Shown here: piece by piece, positions 38,212 through 50,103 of the stretch
Layout of the letters: each line of letters opens with the position of its first letter
Numbering within the stretch: the first letter of the stretch is position 1
From: Chloroflexota bacterium
Lineage (GTDB): Bacteria > Chloroflexota > UBA6077 > CF-72
Direction of reading: 5' to 3'
Assembly: GCA_051006215.1 (NCBI GenBank)
Contig: JBPCIO010000005.1
Span: forward strand, 10,092 to 74,091
DNA length: 64,000 nt
Translations under genes and position numbers: made by a program
Notes under the pieces: model-generated
The model's database searches: none
The model's input: the letters and a program-made list of their open reading frames with translations, nothing else
What the model was told of the DNA's origin: nothing

Positions 38212-39771
38212 ATGGCCTCGCGCTTACCTCAGACGCGCGCTGGCTTCTCCCTCGAGACATTGCGTTTTCCGCTCGCAGCACTTGGTATCTTCGGCGTGCT
38301 GGCGGGCCTGGGCGCCTGGCTGGTCCAGGGCGACTTCAGCCTCGTCCCGCGCGTCCTCATGGCCGGCGGCGTGCTGCTGCTGGGGATCTATGTTGCGCTG
38401 GATCCAGAGGACGTTTGGGCAAAGCTGACGGGGCGAGGTGCCATCTATTCTGGCAACAGCCTGCTCATCGCCGTCGCGGCGCTGATCATGCTGGGACTGG
38501 TGAACGTGCTCGGCTCGCGGTACCAGACCAAGCTCGACCTGACTGCGAACGGGCAATTCACCCTGTCCGATCAGAGCATCAAAGTCGCTCAGGCGCTTCC
38601 TGCGCCGGTCAAAGTGACCGGCTGGCTGAGCGCCAACGATTCACGCAAGCAGGATTTCCAGACTCTGCTGAATGACTACGCCACTCGATCGGGTGGCAAA
38701 CTCACGTACGAGTTCATCGATCCGGTGACGCGCCCGGGCGACGCCCGCGCGGCGGGGATCACCGCCGTTGGGACTGTCAGCTATGTCATGGGTGACAAGA
38801 AGCAGGACAGCACCGGCACGACCGAGAAGGACGTGAGCACGGCACTGGTTAAACTCGAACGACCGATCAAGAAGGTGTATTTCACCACCGGTCATGGCGA
38901 GAGCTCGATCGACGGCTCCGGTCCTCAGGACTACTCGGCTATCAAGGCCGGCCTGGAGCGAGACAACTTCACGACCGCCGCGCTCAATCTGCTGACGGGG
39001 CGCAGCGTTCCGGACGATGCCGCCGAAATCGTCGTCGGAGGGCCGACTAATCCGTTCCTGCCCGAGGAAAAGGACACGCTCAACGCCTACCTGCAGGGTG
39101 GCGGCAAACTCATCGCGGTGGTCGGCCCGACCTCGAAGACCGATCTGAACGACCTGTTCCAGCCATACGGCGTCGCCTTTACCGGGAATGTGGTCTTTGA
39201 CCCCGCCAAGAGCGTGCCGCAGGACCCGCGAGTCATCGTCGTCGACGGCTACGGTACCCATGCCATCACTCAGGATTTACGTGATCTGACCTTCTTCCCG
39301 TTGGCGACCAACATCACCTATCCAGCTGCGGCACAAGGTGGTGGGACGGTCGTGGCGCTGGCTCAGTCGTCGGACTCCAGTTGGGCTGACCCGAACCCGC
39401 AGCAGCCGCAGAAGCAGGCTTCGGATGCCACGGGGCCACTTGCCTTAGCAGTGGCCATTGATGCCGTCGCGACAAGCTCGGGCTCCCCGAGCAGCGGTTC
39501 TAACGCAGCGCGTCTGGTCTTGATCGGCTCGCCTGAGCTGATTTCGAACAACTCGTTGCAGCAGGTCCCGGGCAACCAAACGCTGTTCCTCAATTCCGTC
39601 AACTGGGTGGCTCAGCAAGACGCGTTGATCGACGTCCGCGCCCCAGACACGACCCCGCGCACGGTGGTGCTGACCGGCCCGCAGATGAACCTGGTTGCCT
39701 ACTCCAGCTTCCTGTTCCTGCCGCTGGCTGTGCTGGCGGCGGGTGCGGCGGTCTGGTGGATTCGGCGCTAG
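38212..39771 (+). CDS. GldG-like ABC-transporter auxiliary protein (ABC-type uncharacterised transport system component)
   Basis: 519 aa with N- and C-terminal TM helices flanking a large extracytoplasmic domain. It lies immediately downstream of the ABC-2 ATPase and permease, as in gldAFG-like modules. Confidence 0.65.
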   Translation: MASRLPQTRAGFSLETLRFPLAALGIFGVLAGLGAWLVQGDFSLVPRVLMAGGVLLLGIYVALDPEDVWAKLTGRGAIYSGNSLLIAVAALIMLGLVNVLGSRYQTKLDLTANGQFTLSDQSIKVAQALPAPVKVTGWLSANDSRKQDFQTLLNDYATRSGGKLTYEFIDPVTRPGDARAAGITAVGTVSYVMGDKKQDSTGTTEKDVSTALVKLERPIKKVYFTTGHGESSIDGSGPQDYSAIKAGLERDNFTTAALNLLTGRSVPDDAAEIVVGGPTNPFLPEEKDTLNAYLQGGGKLIAVVGPTSKTDLNDLFQPYGVAFTGNVVFDPAKSVPQDPRVIVVDGYGTHAITQDLRDLTFFPLATNITYPAAAQGGGTVVALAQSSDSSWADPNPQQPQKQASDATGPLALAVAIDAVATSSGSPSSGSNAARLVLIGSPELISNNSLQQVPGNQTLFLNSVNWVAQQDALIDVRAPDTTPRTVVLTGPQMNLVAYSSFLFLPLAVLAAGAAVWWIRR

Positions 39772-39793
39772 AGCCGGGCGCCTCAGACACACC

Positions 39794-40426
39794 ATGAATC
39801 TTCGTATCACGATCGGCTTTTTGGCGGCTGCCCTGGTCCTGGCGCTGCTGGTCGTCGGGCTCGACAAATTCAACATCGGTCCGACCTCGTCGGCGAATGC
39901 CAACGCAACCGCCACTACCACGGCCAGCCAGCAACCCCAAATCTTTCAGTTCGACGACGCCAAAGTGAACGCCTTCGAGCTGCACCAGGCGGACAAGTCG
40001 GTGCGTGTCGAAAAACAGCCAGACGGTTGGATGGTGGCAGGTACGACCGACCCCGCGAACCGGGTCTCCTTCACCAGCCTGATCACACGCATGAGCACCC
40101 TCAAGGCGACCCAGGCAGTGGCCGCCGATCCGGGCACAGATTTATCACAGTTCGGACTTGACAGCCCAAAGGAATCGGCAGTCGCCCGACTCGACGACGG
40201 GACCACCTTCGAGCTGGACCTGGGGGCAAAGACCCCAGTGCAGACCGGTACGTACGCCAAGAAGTCGGACGCACCAGACGTGTACGTCATCGCGGATCAG
40301 TTCAGCACCGACCTCGAGCGGCTGGTGACCGACCCCAGGCAGCCGCCCACCCCCACGCCTCTGCCGGCCACGCCCGTCCCGACCGCCGGCTCAGACGCTA
40401 CGGTTACCCCCGCACCGTCGCCCTAG
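39794..40426 (+). CDS. DUF4340-like exported protein (a common partner of GldG-like modules)
   Basis: Starts at the internal ATG (MNLRITIGFLAAALVLALLVVG...). An N-terminal signal anchor is followed by a beta-rich domain and a Pro/Thr-rich tail. Confidence 0.55.
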   Translation: MNLRITIGFLAAALVLALLVVGLDKFNIGPTSSANANATATTTASQQPQIFQFDDAKVNAFELHQADKSVRVEKQPDGWMVAGTTDPANRVSFTSLITRMSTLKATQAVAADPGTDLSQFGLDSPKESAVARLDDGTTFELDLGAKTPVQTGTYAKKSDAPDVYVIADQFSTDLERLVTDPRQPPTPTPLPATPVPTAGSDATVTPAPSP

Positions 40427-40479
40427 AGGCCGCGACCGTCTCTCGACCTCGCCTCGACGCGGCACTCTCAGAGAACGTG

Positions 40480-40507
40480 TTTGACTGGCACCAGTCGTGC
40501 GATATAA
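40480..40507 (+). promoter_or_regulatory. Sigma-70-like promoter candidate TTGACT-N16-TATAAC
   Basis: The -35 element TTGACT is at 40480..40485 and the -10 element TATAAC at 40502..40507. It lies in a 146-bp intergenic region upstream of ORF 40573, and GAGG sits 7 nt before the ATG. Confidence 0.3.
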
Positions 40508-40572
40508 CTGGCCCGATGGTGGTCACTGTCGACCGTCGATCAAACGTCTTCACGATGTTGTGAGGCACACAC

Positions 40573-40974
40573 ATGTTCCCCTCGCCAGACCCTGAACAGC
40601 CTGATCCAGCCATGCTGGCATTCATCAAATGCCACGTCACCTCGACAGTCAAATGGGAGGTGCTGCGAATTCTCGCCAGCCAGACCGGCACGTGGGTGCG
40701 CGCCGACCACCTGGCCCGTATCAGTCACCGACAACCAGCGGTATTGAGCCAGGCGATAGCCGACCTGGCCGCCGACGGGGTGGTGGAAATGCTGGAAGCG
40801 GCGGTGCCCGCGGACGTGCGTTACCGACTCCCAGCTGACGAACCAACGTCAGTCGTGCTGCACCGCCTGATCGAATCGGCGACCCACAGCCTCGAGCTGC
40901 GGGGCATCATTGCGGCTCACTTGCAGCAGGTTCGACACAAGGGGGTGGGGGTGCGTTCGACGGCAGCCGCCTGA
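40573..40974 (+). CDS. Hypothetical protein with a probable winged-helix DNA-binding domain
   Basis: 133 aa. VLRILASQTGTWVRADHLARISHRQPAVLSQAIADLAADGVVEM resembles a MarR/ArsR-like wHTH. The 3' end overlaps the queG 3' end by 68 nt (convergent). Confidence 0.4.
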   Translation: MFPSPDPEQPDPAMLAFIKCHVTSTVKWEVLRILASQTGTWVRADHLARISHRQPAVLSQAIADLAADGVVEMLEAAVPADVRYRLPADEPTSVVLHRLIESATHSLELRGIIAAHLQQVRHKGVGVRSTAAA

Positions 40975-42055
40975 GCGCCCAGTCGGCTGCGTCGCGCACC
41001 AACGGCTCTGGGTCAGCAACGGCGGCTTGCTCGAGCGCGGGCCGGGCACGTGCATCGGCCTGGTTGCCGAGCGCAAGTGCGGCATTGCGGGCCAGGCCAC
41101 GGCGTTTGGCTCGCTTGATAGGCGACCCGCGGAACGCCAGTCGAAAGCCTTCATCGTCGAGCGCCAGAACTTGCTCGAGGTCGACTCGCGTGCCACGGCG
41201 TGGCTCGAACTCTGTCCACCCTCGGGGCCGTCCGCGCGAGGACGCGTTGTACGGACACACTTCCTGACAGATGTCACACCCGAACACCCAATCCCCGATC
41301 TTGGGCCGCAGGTCGGGGTTAATCGGGCCGCGGTGCTCGATCGTCAAGTAGGCAATGCAGCGCTCGGCAGCCAGGTGATACGGCTGATCGAGCGCGTTGG
41401 TGGGGCAGGCATCGATGCACAGGCGGCAGGTCCCGCAAGTCTTCGGGGCTGCACGATCAACTTCGAGGTCTACATTCGTGAGCAGCGCGCCTAGAAACAC
41501 GTACGAGCCAATTGGCGTGAGCAGGTTGGTGTTCTTGCCCCGGAAGCCCAGTCCGGCTCGCACCGCGGCGTCTCGTTCCACAAGCGGCCCGCTGTCCACG
41601 AACATGCGGGTCTTGACGTCGCCTGAGGCGCGTTGAGAAAGAAATCCCACCAGCCGGCCCAGGCGTGACTTCAGGACGTCATGGTAGTCGCTGCCCCAGG
41701 CGTAGCGGGCCACCCGGCCGCCCCGTCCAGCTTCCGGGTCCTCGGTGCGATATGACGCGGCCACGACGACGAGCGAGCGAGCACCAGCTAACAGCTCTTG
41801 CGGCCGAGCAGCCAGCCGGGTGCGCGCGGCATTCATCCATGCCATCTCGCCCTGATGGCCCTCGCCGAGCCAACGCAGGATGTCCACCTCAGCCTGCGCA
41901 AAAGGCTCTGGGCTGGTGATGCCGATCAGGTGAAAGCCGACCTCACGTGCGTAGGCTTTCAAGTCCGCCGTGAGTGCGCCTGGACCGCGATCACCCGTCG
42001 CAGGCATCGGATCACTCATGTGTGAACACCGCCGGGGAGCGGGAGCTGCAGGCAA
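40907..42055 (-). CDS. queG: Epoxyqueuosine reductase
   Basis: Two 4Fe-4S motifs (CGTCRLCIDACP and CDICQEVCPYN) and a C-terminal HEAT-like repeat. The start may be the internal MSDPM, 12 codons downstream. Confidence 0.8.
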   Translation of the reverse strand: MPAAPAPRRCSHMSDPMPATGDRGPGALTADLKAYAREVGFHLIGITSPEPFAQAEVDILRWLGEGHQGEMAWMNAARTRLAARPQELLAGARSLVVVAASYRTEDPEAGRGGRVARYAWGSDYHDVLKSRLGRLVGFLSQRASGDVKTRMFVDSGPLVERDAAVRAGLGFRGKNTNLLTPIGSYVFLGALLTNVDLEVDRAAPKTCGTCRLCIDACPTNALDQPYHLAAERCIAYLTIEHRGPINPDLRPKIGDWVFGCDICQEVCPYNASSRGRPRGWTEFEPRRGTRVDLEQVLALDDEGFRLAFRGSPIKRAKRRGLARNAALALGNQADARARPALEQAAVADPEPLVRDAADWALRRLPSNAPPPPCVEPAASEPQ

Positions 42056-42064
42056 ATCGCGAGC

Positions 42065-43904
<1,840 letters not shown>

Positions 43905-43906
<2 letters not shown>

Positions 43907-44489
43907 GGACCCTCGCCGCTGGCTGGCTGCAGCCTGCTTGCTCCTGGTGGTCGGGTGTCAACCACCCGCACAAGGAACCCCCACGGCCGCCCCCGCGGCG
44001 GCCCCCACCCCGGCCGCGCCAACCGCCGCTCCGGCCCCGCAGACTTCGCCGCCGCCGACCAGCGCCAGTCGTGTCGACACACTGAATGCGGCCAATGCTG
44101 CGTTCGCGAGTGGCAATCTCAAAGACGCGGCAGCCCTGTATGACCGCGTCGTGAACACGCCGCCGGCAGCTACTGAAACTGGCGCGACCACTTCGGCGAT
44201 CAATGACTTCGCCGCATTCCGGGGACTGGTCACCCTGCTGGCTGACGGCCGCGAAGACGACTCCCGAACCACTCTGGACGCGTTGCGGGAGCGGGACCCG
44301 GCTGCTCCGCTAGCTCGGCTGGCCGATCAGCTCTACAACCAGTATGGAATGGTCGGCCAGTTGCGCGGCGCGTGCGCCCAACTATTGCCCCAAGTTGCGA
44401 GCCAGGCCGGACCAACCCTCGCGACCCTGCAAGGGCTCGGGGTCAGCAACGTCGATGCCACAACCCTGTGCAGCCCGCCGCCGGGCTAG
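43905..44489 (+). CDS. Hypothetical lipoprotein (lipobox signal, Pro/Ala-rich linker, helical domain)
   Basis: The internal ATG gives [21 protein letters not shown]. This ATG overlaps the annotated lepA ATG on the opposite strand (CATG), so one of the two starts is probably wrong. Confidence 0.45.
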
Positions 44490-44502
44490 TCGGTTGACCT
44501 CA

Positions 44503-45240
44503 TCACCGCGGCAACCCGTACACACCTCGCCAGTCGTTGATCCGAACGCGCAGGACGTCTGAGAGCATGCCCAGCGTGTCGCCGACGGGCGCGACCCGGC
44601 TGTTTTCTTTATGCTCCCAGCGCAGCGGCACGACGTGCACGTCGAACCCGAGCCGGCGGGCCAGATAGAGCACCTCGACATCGAAACCGAACCCATGAAT
44701 TCGCTGGCGGTTGAAGACCGCCTGGGCTGCCTCGGCGGTGAAGGCTTTGAAACCACACTGGGAATCTTCGATTCCCGGTACAGCTAGGGCTTGGACCACG
44801 CGGTTGAAAACGCGCCCCATGACGTGGCGGTAGCCAGGCTCGCCGATCCTTCGCGCACCCAGTCCTTCGCGTGAGCCAATGACGACAGGCCGCGAGGCGC
44901 TCACCAGAGACACGAAGCGCTGCAGGTCTTCCACCGACCAGGAAAGATCGGCGTCCGCAAACAGCACGACACTGCCCCTGGCTGCCAGCATTCCGGTTCG
45001 CACGGCTGTGCCTTTGCCGCGGGCGTCGGTACGCAATAGTCGCAATCCAGCAAAGGTGCCGCTGGCCTGTTGAACGACGGCTGAGGTGGCATCCTCAGAG
45101 CCGTTATCGACCACGATCACCTCGCAGTCGAGGTTCTGTCGGCGCAAAAACGCTTCGATTTCCGAGAGCGTATACGGCAGCCGCGCCTGTTCGTTGTAGG
45201 CAGGGATGACCACTGAGACGGCGGGGCTCACCAGGACGCG
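44503..45240 (-). CDS. Family 2 glycosyltransferase (DPM1/polyprenyl-phosphate sugar synthase-like)
   Basis: VSVVIPAYNEQARLP...VIVVDNGSEDAT...DAD carries the GT2 DxD motifs. The start is trimmed to avoid a 169-nt overlap with the upstream GT2. Confidence 0.7.
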   Translation of the reverse strand, partial: RVLVSPAVSVVIPAYNEQARLPYTLSEIEAFLRRQNLDCEVIVVDNGSEDATSAVVQQASGTFAGLRLLRTDARGKGTAVRTGMLAARGSVVLFADADLSWSVEDLQRFVSLVSASRPVVIGSREGLGARRIGEPGYRHVMGRVFNRVVQALAVPGIEDSQCGFKAFTAEAAQAVFNRQRIHGFGFDVEVLYLARRLGFDVHVVPLRWEHKENSRVAPVGDTLGMLSDVLRVRINDWRGVYGLPR

Positions 45241-46196
45241 CCCGGGCGGGGACTCGGACTGAGCATCGCGTATAGCGACTCGTCCGAGACGCGCCGACGG
45301 CGCTGAATGGGAGGGCGGTCCGCCAGATGGCGGGGTAGACCGGCCAGACCACTCAGTTGGCCACGCAGCGTGGCCCTGGCAGCGGCGCCACGCCACGCGC
45401 CTAGCGCCTCAGCCGCCCGCTGCGCTTGGTACCTCAGGATATGCGGCAGCATGCGGGGCACGAGTCGGCTCGGCAGGTTCTTGGCGAGCAGGCGAATCAG
45501 ATTGCGGCCGTTATAAAAGGAGGCCAGGGTGCCCCCGCCAGTGGCGCTGCCGACGTGGTATACCCGCGCCAACGGCTCATAGTGGCAGCCCCAGCCGAGC
45601 AGCTGGGCCCGGAAGGCGAGATCCACGTCTTCGAGGTACATGAAGAAGGCCTCGTCCAGGAGCCCCGTGTCGGCCAGCATCGTCCGCCGATAGGCTGCCG
45701 CGCCGCCCATCGCGCCGAAGACTGGACCCGGCTTGTTCCAGGCCTCGCCGTCTGGTTGCCCAGCCCCGCGCTGGCGGGCAGCACCATCCCGACCGAAGCT
45801 GTCGCCGGCGCTGTTGATGGTGCGGCGATCAGAGAACAGCACCTTGCTGGCAACCGACCCTATGGCAGGTTGCCTGCCCAGCGCCTCGACGCACACCGCC
45901 ACCCAGTCCGGCTCAGCCTGCGCATCGTTGTTCAGCAGGCACACCACCTCGCCCCGGGCTGCCCGCATGCCTGCGTTCACATTGCCAGAGAACCCAGCAT
46001 TGCGGCGTAGATGCAACACTCGCACGCTCGGATAAGCCCTGGCCAACATCGAGGCTGTCCCGTCGGTAGAGGCCCCGTCGGCAACGATGACCTCCATTTC
46101 CGCGTAGGACTGGCGCATCAGCGAATCCAGACACTCGGACAGAAGATGTGCCCCGTTCAGGGTCGGCACGATCACCGAGGCGAGCGGCGCCACCAT
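45228..46196 (-). CDS. Family 2 glycosyltransferase
   Basis: SVIVPTLNGAHLLSECLDSL...VIVADGASTDGT...NNDAQAE carries the GT2 motifs. Confidence 0.75.
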   Translation of the reverse strand: MVAPLASVIVPTLNGAHLLSECLDSLMRQSYAEMEVIVADGASTDGTASMLARAYPSVRVLHLRRNAGFSGNVNAGMRAARGEVVCLLNNDAQAEPDWVAVCVEALGRQPAIGSVASKVLFSDRRTINSAGDSFGRDGAARQRGAGQPDGEAWNKPGPVFGAMGGAAAYRRTMLADTGLLDEAFFMYLEDVDLAFRAQLLGWGCHYEPLARVYHVGSATGGGTLASFYNGRNLIRLLAKNLPSRLVPRMLPHILRYQAQRAAEALGAWRGAAARATLRGQLSGLAGLPRHLADRPPIQRRRRVSDESLYAMLSPSPRPGASW

Positions 46197-47584
46197 ACCA
46201 GGGCCTCTCCGACCAGAAACAACGAGCCGGTTACCAGCACCAGGTCGTGGGCACCAGCGGCAGCCGTGGCTGCCTCGAGAGCGGCCGGCAGGCTGGCGTA
46301 CGCGCCCACCTGCGCGCCAGGCGCAGCGGCGCGCGCGAGCGCCTCCAGATCAGCAGGTACCGCCGACCGTTCGTGGTCGGAACGGGTCAGATAGACGTTC
46401 GGTTCGCTGGTGTCCGCCAGGATGGCGTCCAGCACTCCGCGGGCATCCTTGCCCGCGCTGATGCCTACGACCAGGTGCAGCCTGTCGAACGCAAAGGCGC
46501 TCTCGAGCGCGGCCCGCAAGGCCGCTGCGGATGAGGCATTGTGAGCCCCGTCGAGCACGACCAGCGGCCGCGCGGATATCACCTGCAGCCGGCCGGGCCA
46601 GTCCACGCTGGTCAGCCCAGACTGAAGCGCTGACCTGCTGACCGCGAAACGAGGCTCAATCCCGCCGAGCACGTACAACGCCGCCACAGCCGTGGTGGCA
46701 TTGTCGCGCTGATGGTCGCCCAACAACCCTACCTGCGCGACCAGCGGTTCGAACTCAGCATGCTTGGATGCGATCCTGATCGGCGCTACGGCCGAGCTGC
46801 CGCGCGCTTCCGACTCAACGGCGGACCACACCCACTCGCGGCCGACCTCGTCGAGGGTGTTGCCGAGCGCGTCCGCCTCGCGCTCAATTGCGAGTCGAGC
46901 TTCGTCGACCTGGGGCGCCAGAACACCTGGGCGGCCTGGGCGCAAGATGCCGGCTTTGTGCCAGGCGATCTCTGACAGCGTGTTGCCCAGCGTCGGCGTG
47001 TGGTCGTAGCTGATCGGAGTGATGACCGAAACCAGCGGCTCAAGCACGTTGGTCGCGTCGAATCGACCGCCCGTGCCGACTTCGACCACCGCCAACTCGA
47101 TCGGCTCTTCGAAGCCCCGCGCGAAATACAGAAAGGCAAACGCGGTACCCACCTCGAAGGTTGTCGGCTGCCCGAGCGCCGGCGCCAAATTGTCGAGCGC
47201 ACGCCGGACGGGCCCAGCCAACGCCACTACGGACTCTACGCCGATTGGTTGTGCGTCTACGCAGGTGCGCTCGCGCCAGTTGACCAGGTGGGGCGAAGTG
47301 TAACGCCCGGTACGCACGCCCTGGGCGCGGAGGCAGGCATCGAGCATGGCCAGCGTGCTGCCCTTGCCCTTGGTGCCGGCCACCAGCACCGACGGAAACT
47401 CTCGCTCAGGGTGATCGAGGCCGGCCAGCAGCGCGCGCATGCGGTCGAGCTTCGTTGCTCTCTGTCTGGACATTTCCTCGGGCGTGCGGGGTCGGGCTGA
47501 AAATGACCACACCCATTTGAGGACTTCGCGGTATTTCGCATCGGGTTCCAGAGCATCCGGTGGTAGACTGTCGGTACGATTCAT
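46172..47584 (-). CDS. folC: Bifunctional folylpolyglutamate synthase / dihydrofolate synthase
   Basis: The Mur-ligase P-loop VAGTKGKGST is present. The start is taken at the internal MNRTDS... to avoid a divergent overlap. Confidence 0.8.
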   Translation of the reverse strand: MNRTDSLPPDALEPDAKYREVLKWVWSFSARPRTPEEMSRQRATKLDRMRALLAGLDHPEREFPSVLVAGTKGKGSTLAMLDACLRAQGVRTGRYTSPHLVNWRERTCVDAQPIGVESVVALAGPVRRALDNLAPALGQPTTFEVGTAFAFLYFARGFEEPIELAVVEVGTGGRFDATNVLEPLVSVITPISYDHTPTLGNTLSEIAWHKAGILRPGRPGVLAPQVDEARLAIEREADALGNTLDEVGREWVWSAVESEARGSSAVAPIRIASKHAEFEPLVAQVGLLGDHQRDNATTAVAALYVLGGIEPRFAVSRSALQSGLTSVDWPGRLQVISARPLVVLDGAHNASSAAALRAALESAFAFDRLHLVVGISAGKDARGVLDAILADTSEPNVYLTRSDHERSAVPADLEALARAAAPGAQVGAYASLPAALEAATAAAGAHDLVLVTGSLFLVGEALVWWRRSPR

Positions 47585-47648
47585 CACCGTCGCGCTACGC
47601 CCCTCAGGCGTTGCTGACCTGTCATCACTCCGGGAGGCTCGCTGCTGC

Positions 47649-48878
47649 TTGGCCACCTCCACGCGCAAGCGCTATCTGATTATCGGCAATGGTGCGTCCG
47701 GCACCTACGCGGCCGAGACCATACGAAAAACCGACGCCGAGGGGGAAATCACCCTCCTCACCAACGAACCGTACCCGCTCTACAACCGCGTCGCACTACC
47801 GCCGTTCCTACGCGACGAGGCCAAACGTGAAAAGGTCTTTCTGCGAACGCCAGAACAGCACGAGCAGAAGGGTATCAAGCTGCTCGTCAATACGCTTATC
47901 ACCTCCCTCGATACCGAGGCCCGTGTGGCCACGTCAGCGGACGGCCAGTCCTTCCCGTACGAGCGCTTGCTCATAGCCACGGGCGGCCGCCCCAATCTGC
48001 TGCCCGCGCCTGGGGCGACTCCCGAGGTCCACGGCATCTACAACTTTCAATATTGGGACGAGGCCGCCGCGATACGGGAGCGGATGAACACGGCCAAGCA
48101 GGCTGTGGTGGTCGGCGGCAGCTACATTGCCTACGAGCTTGCGGAAGCCTTCCGCCATCACGGCATGCACGTGACGTGGCTCATTCGCGGGCCGCGCTTC
48201 CTTCGGCGTGTGCTCGACGAAAATGGCGGCGCGCTCGTCGACGACATTGCTCGCGCGGCTGGCGTCGACATCCACTACGGCGGCGAAGTGAAGGAAGTCC
48301 ACAGTCGGGATGGGCAAGTGTGTGGCGTCACGACCACCACCGACGAGTTTGTCGAGTGCGACATTCTGGGCGTCGGGCTGGGCGTGAAGATGAACATGGA
48401 TTTCCTGGCTGGCTCGCCCATCCAAACCAATAACGGCATTGTGACGACCGAGTATCTCGAGACGAACGTGCAGGACGTTTTTGCCGCGGGCGACGTGGCC
48501 GAGTTCTTCGACGTCTCGATTGGTGCGCACAATCAGATGGGCACCTGGAACAACAGTGTCAGCCACGGGCGCATCGCCGGCGCCAACATGCTGGGCGACC
48601 GCAAGTTCTACAGCGACGTGCCGATGTACTCAACGGGCCTGTTCGACTCGCGCATCCGGGTTATGGGTCTCACCCCCGAGAACGTGGCTAATCTCGAGAG
48701 CTGGGAGCAGCTCGACGCGCCGAACCACAATTACAAGCGTCTGTTCTTCATGGACGGCCGCCTCGTCGGCGGCTGCTTGATCGGCGACATCAAGATGCAA
48801 ACTCGCATCATTCAAATGATCCAGTCTCGGCAGGTCACGCCCGAGTCAGAGCGAGGCAAGCTATTGCTTGCGGCCTGA
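47649..48878 (+). CDS. FAD/NAD(P)-dependent pyridine nucleotide-disulfide oxidoreductase family protein
   Basis: Two Rossmann dinucleotide motifs (YLIIGNGASGTYAA and AVVVGGSYIAYELAEA). The probable TTG start is near 47649. Confidence 0.65.
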   Translation: MATSTRKRYLIIGNGASGTYAAETIRKTDAEGEITLLTNEPYPLYNRVALPPFLRDEAKREKVFLRTPEQHEQKGIKLLVNTLITSLDTEARVATSADGQSFPYERLLIATGGRPNLLPAPGATPEVHGIYNFQYWDEAAAIRERMNTAKQAVVVGGSYIAYELAEAFRHHGMHVTWLIRGPRFLRRVLDENGGALVDDIARAAGVDIHYGGEVKEVHSRDGQVCGVTTTTDEFVECDILGVGLGVKMNMDFLAGSPIQTNNGIVTTEYLETNVQDVFAAGDVAEFFDVSIGAHNQMGTWNNSVSHGRIAGANMLGDRKFYSDVPMYSTGLFDSRIRVMGLTPENVANLESWEQLDAPNHNYKRLFFMDGRLVGGCLIGDIKMQTRIIQMIQSRQVTPESERGKLLLAA

Positions 48879-48881
48879 GGC

Positions 48882-49724
48882 GTGAGCGCGCGCTTGCTCG
48901 ACGGGCGCCCTGTCGCGGCCACGATCTGGGGTGTTGTAGAGCTGCAGGCGGCTGCGTTCGCGTCCCGATTCGGCCGCCAGCCACACCTGGCACTGCTCAG
49001 CGGCGCGGACGATCCGGCCGCCGCGGCGTACGCTCGCCAGATCGAGCGCCAATTCGCGCGGCGTGGCCTGACCGTCACGTCTGGCACCGCCCTGGGCGCT
49101 GAGCTGCTGGACGTGGTGGGCGGCCTCAGCCGCAATGACGAGGTGGACGGGATTCTGCTGCTGACGCCTCTGCCCAACGGGGTGAATGCCGTAGCAGCTG
49201 TACAGAAAATTGATCCTGGCAAAGACGTGGACGGACAGCACCCGGCCAACCTGGGCCGACTCGCACAGCGTCGCCCCGCCTTTGCGCCGGCAACGGCGCT
49301 GGGAGGGCTGCGAATCTTGCAGCACTATGGCGTGCGCCTGTCAGGAGCCCGGGTGGTGGTTGTCGGTCGCAGCCCTGTCGTGGGCATGCCGCTGGCCGTG
49401 CTGCTGATTGACGCCGACGCCACCGTGACGGTGTGCCATAGTCGCTCGATCAACTTGGAACAGCTCACCCGTGAGGCAGACGTCCTGTGCGTGGCGGCTG
49501 GGCGCCCGGGCCTCATTGGACCCGAGCACGTCAAAGCCGGATCGATAGTGCTGGACTTCGGCACACACCCTGGAGCGGACGGCGCGATGCTTGGCGACGT
49601 GCAGACACACGCGGTAGCTGAGATCGCTGGCGGAATCACGCCCGTACCGGGCGGCACCGGGCCGACGACGGTGGCGGTGCTCGCCGAGCAGACCCTGCGG
49701 GCTGCTGAGCTGCGCCAAGCCTAG
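48882..49724 (+). CDS. folD: Bifunctional 5,10-methylene-THF dehydrogenase / methenyl-THF cyclohydrolase
   Basis: 280 aa (VVVGRSPVVGMPLAVLL, GGTGPTTVAVL). Confidence 0.9.
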   Translation: MSARLLDGRPVAATIWGVVELQAAAFASRFGRQPHLALLSGADDPAAAAYARQIERQFARRGLTVTSGTALGAELLDVVGGLSRNDEVDGILLLTPLPNGVNAVAAVQKIDPGKDVDGQHPANLGRLAQRRPAFAPATALGGLRILQHYGVRLSGARVVVVGRSPVVGMPLAVLLIDADATVTVCHSRSINLEQLTREADVLCVAAGRPGLIGPEHVKAGSIVLDFGTHPGADGAMLGDVQTHAVAEIAGGITPVPGGTGPTTVAVLAEQTLRAAELRQA

Positions 49725-49726
49725 CC

Positions 49727-50032
49727 GTGGCCCAGAGCGGCGGATCTGAATGTCGCGCGCATGTGCGATTGTTCGGTCGCGTGCAGGGAGTCGGCTTTCG
49801 CTACTTGGCCGCTGAGGTGGCGCGCCGTCAACAGCTAAGCGGCTGGGTGCGGAACCTCGATTCTGGCGCCCTCGAGGCAGTCATTCAAGGTCCGCGGACA
49901 CGGGTCGACGACATGCTGCGCTGGTGCAACGAAGGTCCGCCGGGCGCCTACGTACGTGAGATGCGTGTCGGCTGGGATGAGCCCATTGAGCACTTCTCGA
50001 CGTTTGAGATTCGTCCCACCGTAGCCGGTTAG
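49727..50032 (+). CDS. acyP: Acylphosphatase
   Basis: VQGVGFRY...GWVRNLDSGALEAVIQG carries the acylphosphatase signatures. Confidence 0.75.
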   Translation: MAQSGGSECRAHVRLFGRVQGVGFRYLAAEVARRQQLSGWVRNLDSGALEAVIQGPRTRVDDMLRWCNEGPPGAYVREMRVGWDEPIEHFSTFEIRPTVAG

Positions 50033-50103
50033 CCAAGTCGCTCGAGCGCGCCTGGCGGCCGGCAGTGGAGGATAATGATCAGTGGGAGGGAGACTATCTG
50101 ACC

